The position numbers were made by a program, and so were the translations under genes. The notes under the pieces are model-generated. The model worked only from the letters and a program-made list of their open reading frames with translations, was not told the origin of the DNA and did no database searches. Positions 45,569 to 54,335 of a DNA stretch of 64,000 nucleotides are shown here, in pieces (the stretch's first letter is position 1; every line of letters starts with the position of its first letter). Source of the stretch: an uncultured Acidimicrobiales bacterium (GTDB lineage: Bacteria; Actinomycetota; Acidimicrobiia; Acidimicrobiales; SZUA-35); assembly GCA_937976305.1 (NCBI GenBank), contig CALJSB010000027.1, positions 29,368-93,367 on the forward strand, written 5' to 3'.

Positions 45569-47281
45569 TCAGGCGCGGCGAGCTGGCCGGTGATGGGCCT
45601 CTGGGTTGGCGAAGGCTCGGCTCACCTCAAGCGGGGTGAGGCCTGGCTTCGGTGCTCCGGGACCGGCGGCCGGCCGAGATTCAAACCACTTCTCCGGGTC
45701 GACCATTTGTGCGGTGACCGGTTGGTTGAAGAGGTACCCCTGCATGATCGAGATGCCTGAATCACGAAGACCCTTGAGCTGCTGCTCGCTCTCGACACCC
45801 TCAGCCACCACTCGCAGATCGAGCGCCTTGGCCATGGTCACCACTGCATCGATGATGGCTCGATCGGTTTCACCGTTGCCCATCTCGTCCACAAACGTCT
45901 TGTCGATCTTCAGGATCGACACCATGTCGAGCTGCTTGACATAGCCGAGCGACGACTGCCCGGTTCCAAAGTCGTCGATCGCGAGACCAACCCCGAGCTG
46001 CTTTATCCGCCGGAGCATGTTGAGACCATCAAGATGGTCGACGATCACATCCTCGATGATCTCGAGGACGAGCTGCTCGGGCGGCAACCCGGACCACGCG
46101 ATCACTTCTTGGACGAGCTCCGGGAAGGTTGCATCGAGGAGTTGCTGCTCAGCGATGTTGACGCTCATTCGCACGCCACGGGCCTCTGGAGCGAGGTAGT
46201 TCCACACCGCGGCCTGAGCGCATGCTTCGCGCAGAACGAGCTCGCCGATGGCCGCCATCATGCCCGTTTCCTCCGCGACATCAAGGAAAGCGCCCGGACC
46301 GAGAAGACCACGAGTCGGATGGTCCCAACGCACCAACGCCTCGAAGCCGTATAGCCGACGCTCATCGACATTGACGATCGGCTGGTAGTACACCTCGAAC
46401 TGGTTCTCATCGAGGGCACGAACGAGGTCCCGCTCGATGTCGAGGCGATTGATCACCATGAGGCGCTGCTCTTCGTCGAACACCGCGAAACCGCTCCGGG
46501 TCTTCTTGGCCTTGTACATCGCAGCGTCAGCATCTCGCACCAAGTCTTCGGGGCGTCGTTGATCGTCCGGCTTTGCAATGGCCACCCCGATGCTCGTCGA
46601 GATGACCTGAGCGCCGCCGTACAGCGACACCGGCTCAGCGAAGTTCTTCAGGATCGACTCGGCGACGGCGACGACCGATTGCTCATTCATCAGGTCGCGG
46701 CACACAACCACAAACTCGTCGCCACCGAAGCGAGCAACGACATCGCTGCCCCGGACCGACGACTTGAGACGACTCGCGACGATACGAAGCAGCTCATCAC
46801 CGGCTTCGTGGCCCATCGAGTCGTTGATCACCTTGAATCGATCCAGATCGAGGAACAACACACCCATCGTCGTGTCACCGCTCTGAGACTTCTGAAATGC
46901 GCTGTCGAGCTCGTTGAACAGCGCGCTCCGGTTGAGTAACCCCGTGAGCTGATCGTGTCGGGCATCGTGTTCAGCTCGGGCAATGTCGGCTGAGGCATCA
47001 CGGACACTCCACGTGTGCCAAAGGGAGCCGACGGCACCGCCGACAGCGCCAAAGACGCCCGCGGCACCAGCGACGATGATTGCCTCAATGCCCAGCCCCT
47101 GGAGGGCATAGACAACGAGCACAAAGATCATCGTTGAGAAGAGACCTGATCCGAGAACGATCCCGGGTGAAGCCGCAAGGCGTCTGTCCTGCACATCACG
47201 ATTAACGGACGAAAATGGACCCGGGTTGAGAAGCAATCGAGCAATGCCCACGGTCCGTTCCGGATTGCCTTTCGACGCCAA
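45569..47281 (-). CDS. Membrane-bound GGDEF-EAL protein
   Basis: Two TM segments; HDQLTGLLNR, RGSD I-site, RFGGDEF, FEALVRW, DDFGTG, KID, AEGVE and QG. Confidence 0.93.
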   Translation of the reverse strand: MASKGNPERTVGIARLLLNPGPFSSVNRDVQDRRLAASPGIVLGSGLFSTMIFVLVVYALQGLGIEAIIVAGAAGVFGAVGGAVGSLWHTWSVRDASADIARAEHDARHDQLTGLLNRSALFNELDSAFQKSQSGDTTMGVLFLDLDRFKVINDSMGHEAGDELLRIVASRLKSSVRGSDVVARFGGDEFVVVCRDLMNEQSVVAVAESILKNFAEPVSLYGGAQVISTSIGVAIAKPDDQRRPEDLVRDADAAMYKAKKTRSGFAVFDEEQRLMVINRLDIERDLVRALDENQFEVYYQPIVNVDERRLYGFEALVRWDHPTRGLLGPGAFLDVAEETGMMAAIGELVLREACAQAAVWNYLAPEARGVRMSVNIAEQQLLDATFPELVQEVIAWSGLPPEQLVLEIIEDVIVDHLDGLNMLRRIKQLGVGLAIDDFGTGQSSLGYVKQLDMVSILKIDKTFVDEMGNGETDRAIIDAVVTMAKALDLRVVAEGVESEQQLKGLRDSGISIMQGYLFNQPVTAQMVDPEKWFESRPAAGPGAPKPGLTPLEVSRAFANPEAHHRPARRA

Positions 47282-47384
47282 AAACTAGGCCAAACGGCTC
47301 ATCCCGTCGCAGCGGTCGGCGAGATTGACCGTTGAGTAGCACCACCTGCTCAGGAGGCACCATTTTTCGCCGATAGAGCAAGCG

Positions 47385-48158
47385 ATGGGAGATTCAGCTC
47401 GCACCCCAGATCTGGCGACCAGTCGCCATGCCCAACTTGCCGAAGCATTCGAGATCTTTGCCAGGGGCATGGGTCCGTTCATCGACGAGCGGATGGGCGA
47501 CTACTTTGCGGACGAAATGTCGTGGACGGAGACCGCGGCGAACCGCATGGGGCGACCGGCCGAACATGGTGCGACCGACCCACTCTTTCAACTGCTGGTG
47601 CTTCGTCGGTTTTGGGGTCCGGTCTTTGCCGAACACTTTGGCGACGACCTGCGGGGCCTGATCGGCCAAATCATCGAGGCCCGAAACCTCTGGGCCCACT
47701 TCAACCTGCCGGACGACACCGCGTATCTCGACCGCATCCTGCTGTCGATCGAACGAGTGCTCGCCCCCGTGGCTCCCGAGGATGCATCGAACCTCCGTCC
47801 CATCCGCACCAGGCTCAAGAATCCCATCTCCGGCGACGACCGGTCGGACGACCACATCGACCGGGTCGACAAAGACAACCTTCAATCGCAACTGCTCGAG
47901 ACCGAAGAAGCGTTCGAAGACCTTCAGACCCAGTACTCCGATGTCAGCGACGAACTCAAGCAATCGCGACGAGCCGCTGCTGACAAGCAGCTGCGGATTG
48001 CGACGATCGAGCGTCAGCTCACCGAGGTGCACGGCCGCTCAGAAGCGCTCGAGACCTACCTCAATGCCGAACGTTCCAGCCGCAACCGACTCGAGTGGCT
48101 CTTCGTTGGCTTCATCACCGTCATGTTGGTGCTGATGGTGATCATCTCAATCAGCTAG
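47385..48158 (+). CDS. Swt1-like HEPN domain protein with a coiled coil and C-terminal TM anchor
   Basis: DPLFQL...W..VF, EARNLWAH (RxxxxH), heptad-like middle region, hydrophobic tail WLFVGFITVMLVLMVIISIS. Confidence 0.72.
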   Translation: MGDSARTPDLATSRHAQLAEAFEIFARGMGPFIDERMGDYFADEMSWTETAANRMGRPAEHGATDPLFQLLVLRRFWGPVFAEHFGDDLRGLIGQIIEARNLWAHFNLPDDTAYLDRILLSIERVLAPVAPEDASNLRPIRTRLKNPISGDDRSDDHIDRVDKDNLQSQLLETEEAFEDLQTQYSDVSDELKQSRRAAADKQLRIATIERQLTEVHGRSEALETYLNAERSSRNRLEWLFVGFITVMLVLMVIISIS

Positions 48159-48202
48159 TACGGCGGCTCGAACCTCGCCCCAACGCGACGGCTCTTCGCT
48201 CT

Positions 48203-49117
48203 TCACGCCCGGGCGACGGCACGGTCCGCCCGGTTGATCGCGGCGAGGACCACATCGGTGCCGTTCGGCGACATGATGACCCCGTTGTGATCCAACAGCG
48301 GGACGTCGTGGCTACGACCAACGGGCCGACCAACCGCCAGTTCGTGCCCTGACCGGACAATCTCGACGGGTCCCGTCCATGCTCGCTGGGCAGAGCCGTG
48401 CAACTCGCGATCGAGATTGCCGCCTTCCTGTTGTCCACCGTCTCGCCGAGCGATCTCGAGATCGACACGGATCACCAAGGGGCCGGACCCCTCTCCATCG
48501 TGATCGGCGACAGCAGCAGCATCGGCTTCTCGACATCCAGAAGGCGCGAGCTCATCGATCCAAAATCGGCGCAAACCATCCCGGGTTGCAGGTGGCGTAC
48601 CCAGCCGCTGAGGAGCCACCTGCCAGACCGAAGGGTCAATGGCCACGATGGCGCACACCATCTCGGGAGAGCGCTCAGCAAGCTGACGGCCGACTTCGGT
48701 CCCCCATCCGTGTCCAACAACAAGCACGCGATCGACGCCGAACTCTTCGAGCAGAGCGACGACATCATCGGCGTGGCTCACGGGTTGATCTCGCTCTCGT
48801 GGCGGCATTCCGAAGCTGGCGCCCCGGCCGCGAAGATCCGGGGCGAGGGCAAGACGACCCGCGCTGACAAGCCGCCGCACCACGGGGGTCCATACGGCGG
48901 CATTGGCATCGATGTCGTGCAACAACAACAGAACCTCAGCGTCGACTGGCACTGCTGGGTCGACCACCAGCGTGGCCACAAGATCTCGAACGCGATCGGC
49001 ATCACGAAGCACCGTGCCATTGGGGAACTCGCGGGAAGGTACAGCTCGTTCGGACTCCGCTCCTCGCGGCCCCGCGTTGCCGTCTTGTCCCACCAACGTG
49101 ACCGTAGTGCGAGTCAT
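48203..49117 (-). CDS. Alpha/beta hydrolase fold protein with a degenerate catalytic motif
   Basis: LLLLHD, APDLRGRGAS, HADDVVALL, VGHGWG and AIDP. Confidence 0.7.
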   Translation of the reverse strand: MTRTTVTLVGQDGNAGPRGAESERAVPSREFPNGTVLRDADRVRDLVATLVVDPAVPVDAEVLLLLHDIDANAAVWTPVVRRLVSAGRLALAPDLRGRGASFGMPPRERDQPVSHADDVVALLEEFGVDRVLVVGHGWGTEVGRQLAERSPEMVCAIVAIDPSVWQVAPQRLGTPPATRDGLRRFWIDELAPSGCREADAAAVADHDGEGSGPLVIRVDLEIARRDGGQQEGGNLDRELHGSAQRAWTGPVEIVRSGHELAVGRPVGRSHDVPLLDHNGVIMSPNGTDVVLAAINRADRAVARA

Positions 49118-49135
49118 GTCCTAACTTCGCCAACC

Positions 49136-49900
49136 ATGGAACTTCGACTCGATGGAAAGTCAGCTCTCGTCACCGGTGGGTCTCGCGGCATTGGCAAGGC
49201 GATAGCCAAGACCTTTGCCGAGGCTGGGGCAAAGGTCATGATCGTGTCGCGCAAGACCGAGACGCTCGAGGAAGCGGCCGCAGAAATCGGGAACGGGTGT
49301 CAGTGGCTCGCCGGCAACACCGGAGACGAAGAGACGGCCAACGCAGCCATCGCCGCAACCATGGAAGCGTTCGGCTCCGTCGACATTCTGGTGAACAACG
49401 CCGCCACCAACCCCTACGCCGGCCCCATGATCGATGTCGACCGGTCTCGTTGGGACAAAACGATTCTGGTCAATCTCACCGCCCCGCTGACGTGGACCCA
49501 GGCCGCCTGGAACGCCTCGATGAAAGAAAACGGCGGCGTGGTGATCAACATTTCGTCCGTTGGCGGGCTGACGACGAGTCCAGTCCTCGGCGTGTACGAC
49601 CTCACCAAGTCGGCCTTGATCCACATGACCGAGCAGCTCGGGGCCGAACTCGGTCCGGGCGTGCGGGTCAACGCCATCTGCCCCGGCCTGATCAAGACCG
49701 ACTTCGCCCGGATGCTCTGGGAAGGCGAACGAGGAGAAGAAGTCGCCCAGATGTACCCGCTGAAACGACTGGGTGAAGTCGAAGACATCGCGGGTGCAGC
49801 GCTGTACCTCGCCGCCGAAACCGGCTCGTGGATCACCGGCCAACACATCGTGCTCGACGGCGGTGGCCTCGTTCGCTTCAACGATGCCGAGTACGAATAG
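49136..49900 (+). CDS. Short-chain dehydrogenase/reductase (DHRS4-like)
   Basis: TGGSRGIG, NNAATNP, ISS, YDLTK and ICPGLIKTDF. Confidence 0.92.
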   Translation: MELRLDGKSALVTGGSRGIGKAIAKTFAEAGAKVMIVSRKTETLEEAAAEIGNGCQWLAGNTGDEETANAAIAATMEAFGSVDILVNNAATNPYAGPMIDVDRSRWDKTILVNLTAPLTWTQAAWNASMKENGGVVINISSVGGLTTSPVLGVYDLTKSALIHMTEQLGAELGPGVRVNAICPGLIKTDFARMLWEGERGEEVAQMYPLKRLGEVEDIAGAALYLAAETGSWITGQHIVLDGGGLVRFNDAEYE

Positions 49901-49944
49901 TTCTCTGATCACCGATCCGGCAAGCCATCGGCCACAATGATCGG

Positions 49945-51126
49945 GTGCGGACCACCCTTCGAGCCGGCCGCCTCGCCGGCATTCCCATCGAGATCAACAT
50001 CAGCATCATTGGTGTGGCCGCGTTTGTCATCTGGACGCTCGCGTTCCGAATCCTCCCGCAGGTGGACACCGACGCATCGCTCCGAGTCCGACTGATCGCA
50101 GCCGTTGCCTGTGCGGCCCTGTTCTTTGCCTCCATTCTCGGTCACGAACTCGGTCACGCTCTTGTCGCCCGGCGCCACGACGTCCAGGCAACAGCCATCA
50201 CCCTCTGGCTACTCGGTGGCGTTGCCAAGCTTGTCCGCCAGGCACCAACACCCCGGGCCGAGTTTCAGATTGCCGCCGCCGGACCCTTCGCCAGCTTCCT
50301 GTTTGGTCTTGGATTTGCAGGGGCAGCAGCGCTGTTCGTCGACCGGCCTGACTTTCGACTCACCTACGTCGTCCTGGCCTGGCTCGGCGCGGTCAACATT
50401 CTGCTGGCGATCAGCAACCTGTTTCCCGCCGCTCCACTTGACGGCGGCCGAGTACTCACCGCTGCGCTGTGGAAGCGGCTCGGAGATGCTGAACGGGCCC
50501 GATTGATTTCCGGACGGTGCGGGCTCATTCTCGGCGCCGTTCTGATCGTCGGCTCTGTGGTTGCGCTGGTGTGGGTCGGCGCCGTCACCTTTGGATGGGT
50601 CTCGACCCTGGTGATGGGCGCCTTCCTGCTCTTTGCGGCCCGAGGAGAGATCATTGGTGCTGCTGTTCGAGGACGGCTCGCCAAGCTCCCCATCAATCAA
50701 CTCATGTCGAGCTATCCCGCCGCGGTCCACGGCAACCAGACCATCGAACAGTTCCTCACCACCACACCGCCAGGGGGAAGTGCAACTGCCCGTCCGGTCG
50801 TGCGCTGGGATCGGACCCCCGTTGGCTATGCCGTGCCGAGCCATCTCTCCGAAGTCGTCGGTCCGGAACGAAGCTGGACCACCCTGGGCGACTCGATGAT
50901 TGACGCCAAGCATGTGCATCGGGCGTGGTCAACCGAGACGGCGGCTGCAGTGCTCGAACGGCTCGACATCGACGAACCAAGCGTCGTGGTCATCCACGAT
51001 CCCGAGACTGGTGCAGAGATCGGCACGCTGTCTGACGAACAGCTTCGGCGCGCGCTGGTGTTTCCCGATGCCTGGGGTCGTTTGCCTGAGCTCGAAAAGG
51101 CTGACGTCGTGCCAACACCAGCGTGA
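49945..51126 (+). CDS. Site-2 protease (M50) with a degenerate CBS-like C-terminus
   Basis: HELGH, LGGVA, AAAGP and NLFPAAPLDGGR. Confidence 0.9.
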   Translation: MRTTLRAGRLAGIPIEINISIIGVAAFVIWTLAFRILPQVDTDASLRVRLIAAVACAALFFASILGHELGHALVARRHDVQATAITLWLLGGVAKLVRQAPTPRAEFQIAAAGPFASFLFGLGFAGAAALFVDRPDFRLTYVVLAWLGAVNILLAISNLFPAAPLDGGRVLTAALWKRLGDAERARLISGRCGLILGAVLIVGSVVALVWVGAVTFGWVSTLVMGAFLLFAARGEIIGAAVRGRLAKLPINQLMSSYPAAVHGNQTIEQFLTTTPPGGSATARPVVRWDRTPVGYAVPSHLSEVVGPERSWTTLGDSMIDAKHVHRAWSTETAAAVLERLDIDEPSVVVIHDPETGAEIGTLSDEQLRRALVFPDAWGRLPELEKADVVPTPA

Positions 51127-51178
51127 CACAGCGAGACACATCGTGTCCGCTATCGCGCTGACCTAGAGTCCGTCAGCA

Positions 51179-52489
51179 ATGGAAGGTTCGACCGGCGAGA
51201 CCGACGGCAGCCCAGAGACTCGCGGCAACCCGACGTTTGAGGGAAGCGCAGTGTCTGACGGCCGCGCCGTGACTGAACTCGCGGAGCCGCGCGACGACAC
51301 CCATATTCCTCCGTGGGTCCGTCGCGCCATCTTCCTCTGGTGGACGGTCCTCGTCGGCCTCTGGCTCACGTTGCTCGTCGTTCGTCAGATCCGCGGCTTG
51401 CTCGTCCAGGTCGCGCTGGCACTGTTCTTGTCGTTTGCGCTCGAACCGCTCGTCGATCGGCTCGGACGCCGAGGCCTCAGCCGTGGGCTCGCGACTGCTC
51501 TCAGCCTGCTGGGCCTGTTCCTCGCGACAATTTTGTTCTTTGCCGCGATGGGGCAGCTCGTCGCAACCCAGCTCACCGATCTCGTCGACAACCTCCCCGG
51601 CTACTTGCTGGATGGGCAGGCATTTCTCTCGACGCAGTTCAGCATCGAGGTGGAGGCAGACGACCTCATCGACCGCTTCCAAGATGGCGGCGACGCTGCG
51701 AGCTACGCCTCATCAATCGCCGATCAGCTGCTCAGTGCAAGCACCACAATCGCCAACCTGTTGTTTCAAACGCTGACCGTTGCCCTTTTCACCTTCTACT
51801 TCACCGCCGACGGCCCCCGCTTGCGCCGTTCGATCTGCTCGATGCTTCCCCCTGCTCGTCAGCACGAGGTGCTGCGCGTGTGGGAACTGGCGGTCAACAA
51901 AACCGGTGCCTACATCTCGTCTCGCTTCCTGATGGCTGTGATCAGCGCCGTGTACCACTGGATCGTCTTCACGGTTCTCGACCTGCCGTCCGCGGTTGCC
52001 CTCGCCTTGTGGGTCGGTCTCATCTCGCAGTTCATACCGACCCTCGGCACGTACCTCGCCGGCGTGCTTCCCGTTTTGGTCGCGGTCGGTGTCGAACCCA
52101 GCAAAGCTCTGTGGGTCATCGCCGCCGTTGTCATCTACCAGCAGGTCGAGAACTACGTGCTGCAACCTCGCATCACGGCCCAGACGCTCGACCTTCACCC
52201 AGCAATCTCGATCTTTGCCGTGCTGGCAGGCACGTCACTGTTCGGTGGACCGGGCGCATTGCTGGCCCTCCCGGTTGCTGCCACAGCCGGTGGCTTTCTT
52301 GCCGCCTACATCGAGCGACACGAAGTCGTCGCAAACAGGCTGACAGGTGCATCAGAGAACCACGACCCAGAGAGCTCCAACTCGAAAAAGGCCGATTCGA
52401 ACCACATCGATTCAAAAGGGGCCGATTCGACCAACCGCGTCCCCGGGGAACACGACACGCCCGAGAATGGTTCTACTACTCATGACTGA
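51179..52489 (+). CDS. AI-2E family (PerM-like) transporter
   Basis: LEPLV, FTFYFTADG, FIPTLG, YQQVENYVLQP, LHP and GALLALP. Confidence 0.9.
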   Translation: MEGSTGETDGSPETRGNPTFEGSAVSDGRAVTELAEPRDDTHIPPWVRRAIFLWWTVLVGLWLTLLVVRQIRGLLVQVALALFLSFALEPLVDRLGRRGLSRGLATALSLLGLFLATILFFAAMGQLVATQLTDLVDNLPGYLLDGQAFLSTQFSIEVEADDLIDRFQDGGDAASYASSIADQLLSASTTIANLLFQTLTVALFTFYFTADGPRLRRSICSMLPPARQHEVLRVWELAVNKTGAYISSRFLMAVISAVYHWIVFTVLDLPSAVALALWVGLISQFIPTLGTYLAGVLPVLVAVGVEPSKALWVIAAVVIYQQVENYVLQPRITAQTLDLHPAISIFAVLAGTSLFGGPGALLALPVAATAGGFLAAYIERHEVVANRLTGASENHDPESSNSKKADSNHIDSKGADSTNRVPGEHDTPENGSTTHD

Positions 52490-52763
52490 TTACGAAGCAA
52501 CATCAGAAGCTGGCGTCGCCTTTTACTGGCGGCCAGGTTGCCCCTTCTGTATGGCACTCGAGCGTTCGCTGAACAAGGCGGGCATCCCTCTCGACAAGCG
52601 GAACATCTGGGACGACCCGGATGCCGCCGCGTTCGTACGCAGTGTTGCTGACGGCAACGAAACAGTGCCGACAGTCGCCGTCGGGCAGACCTTCATGGTC
52701 AACCCAAATCGCAAGCAAGTCGTCAAGGCAATGAAGGCCGAGGCCCCGCACCTTCTTCCATAG
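52482..52763 (+). CDS. Glutaredoxin-like protein (mycoredoxin/NrdH-like)
   Basis: YWRPGCPFC, NIW.DP.AA..V and GNETVPTV. Confidence 0.88.
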   Translation: MTDYEATSEAGVAFYWRPGCPFCMALERSLNKAGIPLDKRNIWDDPDAAAFVRSVADGNETVPTVAVGQTFMVNPNRKQVVKAMKAEAPHLLP

Positions 52764-52960
52764 AGTGGAACATTCGTGGGAGATCTTCGTTCCCAATCAC
52801 CCAAATCTGGGGATAAGTTCGTTTAAGATCACGTTCGACGTACATTCACCTCGCCCAACATGAGTGAAGAACGTTGCAAATCCTGGAGACTCCAGGTGGC
52901 GGGACCCGGGCGGGATCTCGACCAAAAGTTTTGAAGACGCGGAAGGAATGAGGCCGACAA

Positions 52961-53197
52961 ATGTCCGAAGACACCGGGCGTAAGGCGCTGCACGCGTACG
53001 TGAGCGATGGCGCTCACGACCAGTGGCATGAGTTTGCAGCGGAACAGGGAGTCAGCGTCAGCGCTGTGCTCGAAGCCCTTGCGCCAGAACTTGATACTGA
53101 GCTCGAGACGGCCGCGGAGCCCCTTCGGGATCGGCTCAGCGGTGTTGTGCGGGCTGCTCGGCGAGTCGACGCAGAGCGTCGGCGCCGTCGCCGCTAG
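52961..53197 (+). CDS. Small protein, possibly ribbon-helix-helix DNA-binding
   Basis: RKALHAYVS (strand), helix, GVSVSAVLE (helix); Arg-rich tail; RBS GAGG. Confidence 0.65.
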   Translation: MSEDTGRKALHAYVSDGAHDQWHEFAAEQGVSVSAVLEALAPELDTELETAAEPLRDRLSGVVRAARRVDAERRRRRR

Positions 53198-53267
53198 CTC
53201 ACCGGCAACGTTCGCGGCTCAGCGCTGAGGCCTTCGGCGCGTCGTATTGGAACCCGGGGGGTGTCCG

Positions 53268-54104
53268 GTGTCCGAACCAACCCAATCTATTGGCCTCAAT
53301 GAGGCAGCCGACGAGCTCGGCGTTCATTACATGACGGTCTACCGCCATGTTCGTACCGGGCTCCTCCCGGCTGAGCGGCTTCCCTCGGGATGGTCGATCT
53401 CTCGCACTGATCTCGATGCCTATCGAGCTCGCGGCAAGGGAATGCCTGCGATCGAGCGGCAGCAGCAGATCGAAGAACGGCTCCGCCAGGGCGACGACGC
53501 TGCAGTCTGGACCATCGTCGAGTCCGTGCTCGCAAGTGCAATGCCGGTCTCGTCAATCATCGGCGACTTGTTGATCCCGTCGATGCGATCGATCGGGGAC
53601 CGTTGGGCCGCCGGCGAACTCACCGTTCTTGAAGAGCACCGGGCAAGTTCGGCCATGTCAGTCGTGCTCTCACGATTGAGCCCGCACACCGCACGGGTCG
53701 AGGTACGCGGCAAACCCGTTGTGGTCGCGACGCCAGCGAACGACACCCACGGGCTGGCAGCGTGGTTGTTGGCCGAGCTCTTACGGGCGCACGGACACCC
53801 CGTCATCGAGCTCGGCGCCGCCACTCCACCTGAGTCGTTCGCTGAAGTCACTCGAGAAAAATCCCCTGTCGCAGTTGTGGTGACGATGTATCGGGTCGAC
53901 GACGATGTCCCCGACATGATCATCGAGACCATCGAAGCCATTCGAGCGGCCAATCCGAGCACCTACATTGCGCTCGGCGGCCCGGGAATCGACCAACTCG
54001 GGGGGCACGACATTGCGGCCGACGCGATGCACAATGACTTTCCGCGACTGATTGACGATCTCAAAGCGCTCGAGCAAGGGACTCTCAACCCCTCGACAAG
54101 CTGA
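53268..54104 (+). CDS. Excisionase-type HTH plus cobalamin-binding (CarH/LitR-like) regulator
   Basis: LNEAADELGVHYMTVYRHVRTG; W-x9-EH (WAAGELTVLEEH); DTHGL; LG..TP; LGG. Confidence 0.87.
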   Translation: MSEPTQSIGLNEAADELGVHYMTVYRHVRTGLLPAERLPSGWSISRTDLDAYRARGKGMPAIERQQQIEERLRQGDDAAVWTIVESVLASAMPVSSIIGDLLIPSMRSIGDRWAAGELTVLEEHRASSAMSVVLSRLSPHTARVEVRGKPVVVATPANDTHGLAAWLLAELLRAHGHPVIELGAATPPESFAEVTREKSPVAVVVTMYRVDDDVPDMIIETIEAIRAANPSTYIALGGPGIDQLGGHDIAADAMHNDFPRLIDDLKALEQGTLNPSTS

Positions 54105-54153
54105 AGTCCGCCGCTTTGGGCCGAATGTTGGGCATGATCAGGTCGGCGTCATG

Positions 54154-54263
54154 ACGGCGCGAGTCGGTGATCTTCATTCGATAACGCCGACTCTGTGCCG
54201 TTGCGTGAGAACACGGCAATCTTTCTGGCCGAGCTGGTCCAGATATCTGTGCCTCACGGCAAC
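54154..54263. other. Two adjacent long hairpins upstream of parC
   Basis: ACGGC-GAGTCGG...CCGACTC-GCCGT (54154-54201) and GTTGCGTGAG...CTCACGGCAAC (54200-54263). Confidence 0.5.
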
Positions 54264-54335
54264 ACTGCTGGTTGATTCGTCGCCTGTTCATCCGCTGTTC
54301 GTCCCCCGAAGTTCACATCCCGCTGAAAGGCCCGC

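Noticed and set aside
52380-52440. GCCGATTCGA repeat at 30-nt period in the AI-2E gene tail
   Set aside because: A short coding repeat in a low-complexity C-terminal tail, with no sign of separate function.
52870-52940. GCAAA-hairpin as a c-di-GMP-I riboswitch
   Set aside because: No GNRA-capped stem, second GCAAA segment or tetraloop receptor; the dyad fits a DNA operator better.
53268-54104. Excisionase-type HTH as a sign of a prophage or integrative element
   Set aside because: The HTH is fused to a B12-binding domain, and no integrase, att site or phage genes are nearby.
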